DNA of 64,000 nt from the NCBI GenBank assembly GCA_963789395.1, contig CAWBKP010000011.1, positions 224,001 to 288,000 of the forward strand. Reading direction: 5' to 3'. Positions 62,750 through 64,000 of the stretch are shown here, in pieces (positions within the stretch are counted from its first letter, which is position 1; every line of letters starts with the position of its first letter). Both the position numbers and the translations under genes were made by a program. Source of the DNA: an uncultured delta proteobacterium (GTDB taxonomy: Bacteria > Desulfobacterota > Desulfobacteria > Desulfobacterales > Desulfatirhabdiaceae). The notes under the pieces were generated by a model. That model made no database searches. It saw only the letters and a list, made by a program, of their open reading frames with translations, and was not told the DNA's origin.

Positions 62750-64000
62750 CTCGTCAATCCTTTTTCCGGGTGGATGTTGCAGGCTTGTTCCCGGGTTGTT
62801 TTACCGGCTGGAGGGGAAATGAAGAGCCGCTCCAGCTGCGCCAGGCGTTTCTGTGCCTCCTCACCCAGCGGCCCGCCGGCGGTGGCGACCTGGCGCACAT
62901 ATTCCAGAAGCTGCGGACCTTCGTTTTCATGGCCTTTGAGCAGTTCGGGGATCAGCGCGATGGCGCGCTTTTCGTCCAGCTTGACCATCAGATACTGTTC
63001 GCGAAGGTCCTGTTTGAATTCGGCCAGGGTTTTTTGGGCGCCATGTTCATTCCGGATCCGGCGGAGCACTTCGAAAGAACGTTCATCGACGGCTTTTTCC
63101 GGCATGCAGACATAGACCATGGCGCGAATCGCCGCCTCACGGGGCCCCCCCTTGTCCATTCCGGCCTGAAGTTCCGCGATTTGACGCTTGACGAACACCG
63201 AGTGATCCGGGTCATCGCCGGGATGCCTTCTGGGGGGGCCGTCCGATGCCCGCAGACCCAGCATGGCCTGCATCCACGGCTGCTCATAGATGCCAAAGAA
63301 CATCTGCTCGGTCATCATGTCCCGCCAGTCCCGATACGCATTCAGGCTCAGGGTCATCCAGTCCGAGAAAGCCTTCTCCCACTGCAGGAAAGGATTGTCC
63401 GCCGCGACCGGTTGACGGTTCTCCTGCACTTTCTGGGCCGCCGAAGCCAGCGGCTGCAGCGCCGGGTTGCTGTCGGAGATCAGCTCGTAGCTCAGCCGCA
63501 GCGGATGCATGCGGCGCATAAATTCGGCGCTTTTTTCGGTAGCCAGGGCACGAACGAGCGGCTGCGCCGTGGTGCGGTAAAGGCCGTGGATTGCCTCGGA
63601 CAACCTTGCCACAGCCGCAAAGCTGCGCTCTTCGTCGAGGGTGTTCCCGCCCATGGCGCGAATGTCCGCCAGGCTGCGGCTCTCGAAACAGGAAATAAAG
63701 TCTCCGGTCACCAGCCCGGCATTGGCCGCATCGGCGGATTTCTTCTGAATGACGGCTTCGTAAAGGCCGGGAGGCAGGCAATCGATGAGATCGATGTTGG
63801 TGGCGAATTCCTCATGTTCCTTTCTGGCGACACTGCCCGACACGAAGATTCCCAGATGCCCGATTGTTTCGTGAACACAATAGACGATCGTCTGGCCGGA
63901 GGCCAGGATGTCCTCATCGCTCCGGTACAGATCGAGAATCCAGCCGAGCGCCTGCTGGGGAGGCGTGATGTTGTCGCCCTTGGAACAGAAACAGACGATG
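62746..64000 (-). CDS. DUF3141 family alpha/beta hydrolase (5' part outside window)
   Basis: CSKGDNITPPQQALGWI, IGHLGIFVSG.VARKEH, LPPGLYE, RMHPLR, DERSF. Confidence 0.88.
   Translation of the reverse strand, partial: IVCFCSKGDNITPPQQALGWILDLYRSDEDILASGQTIVYCVHETIGHLGIFVSGSVARKEHEEFATNIDLIDCLPPGLYEAVIQKKSADAANAGLVTGDFISCFESRSLADIRAMGGNTLDEERSFAAVARLSEAIHGLYRTTAQPLVRALATEKSAEFMRRMHPLRLSYELISDSNPALQPLASAAQKVQENRQPVAADNPFLQWEKAFSDWMTLSLNAYRDWRDMMTEQMFFGIYEQPWMQAMLGLRASDGPPRRHPGDDPDHSVFVKRQIAELQAGMDKGGPREAAIRAMVYVCMPEKAVDERSFEVLRRIRNEHGAQKTLAEFKQDLREQYLMVKLDEKRAIALIPELLKGHENEGPQLLEYVRQVATAGGPLGEEAQKRLAQLERLFISPPAGKTTREQACNIHPEKGLTR

Noticed and set aside
1..64000. Autonomous mobile element, prophage, RNA gene or antiviral system other than the TA pair
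   Set aside because: No transposase, integrase, phage, tRNA/rRNA or defence-domain signatures were recognisable

Overview
Bacterial chromosomal window, probably from a Desulfobacterota-like anaerobe; this is inferred from gene families and repeat style and is not proven. It has three parts. (1) A Phd/YefM-VapC toxin-antitoxin pair at the left edge. (2) A ~53-kb cluster (923-53784) made almost entirely of exported, lipoprotein and membrane proteins of poorly known function. It holds four YSC84/SYLF proteins, three secreted Cys-type sulfatases, DUF1254/1214, DUF1269, DUF2092, DUF2950/DUF3300, DUF3313, DUF4105, a patatin-POTRA-Omp85 protein, cardiolipin synthase, two MscS channels, YdiK, MarC, OmpA, two beta-barrels, a GluR0-like K+ channel, an RND pump and an asparaginase. 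Two orphan response regulators and a tandem-GAF sigma54 activator flanked by TGCCG-N6-CGGCA palindromes lie inside it. (3) A polyhydroxyalkanoate locus (54039-64000): phaE, phaC, phaJ, phaR, a phasin-like protein, a MaoC-Pta fusion, DUF3141, an extra PhaC-like hydrolase and a GAF-only protein. Many intergenic spacers carry four families of short non-coding inverted-repeat elements; two families are built on a 7-nt period and one element is nested inside another. Many genes are split by single-base frameshifts, most likely long-read or assembly errors, and I reconstructed those genes by eye. I saw no rRNA, tRNA, CRISPR array, transposase or integrase. All family names come from motif recognition, not from database searches.
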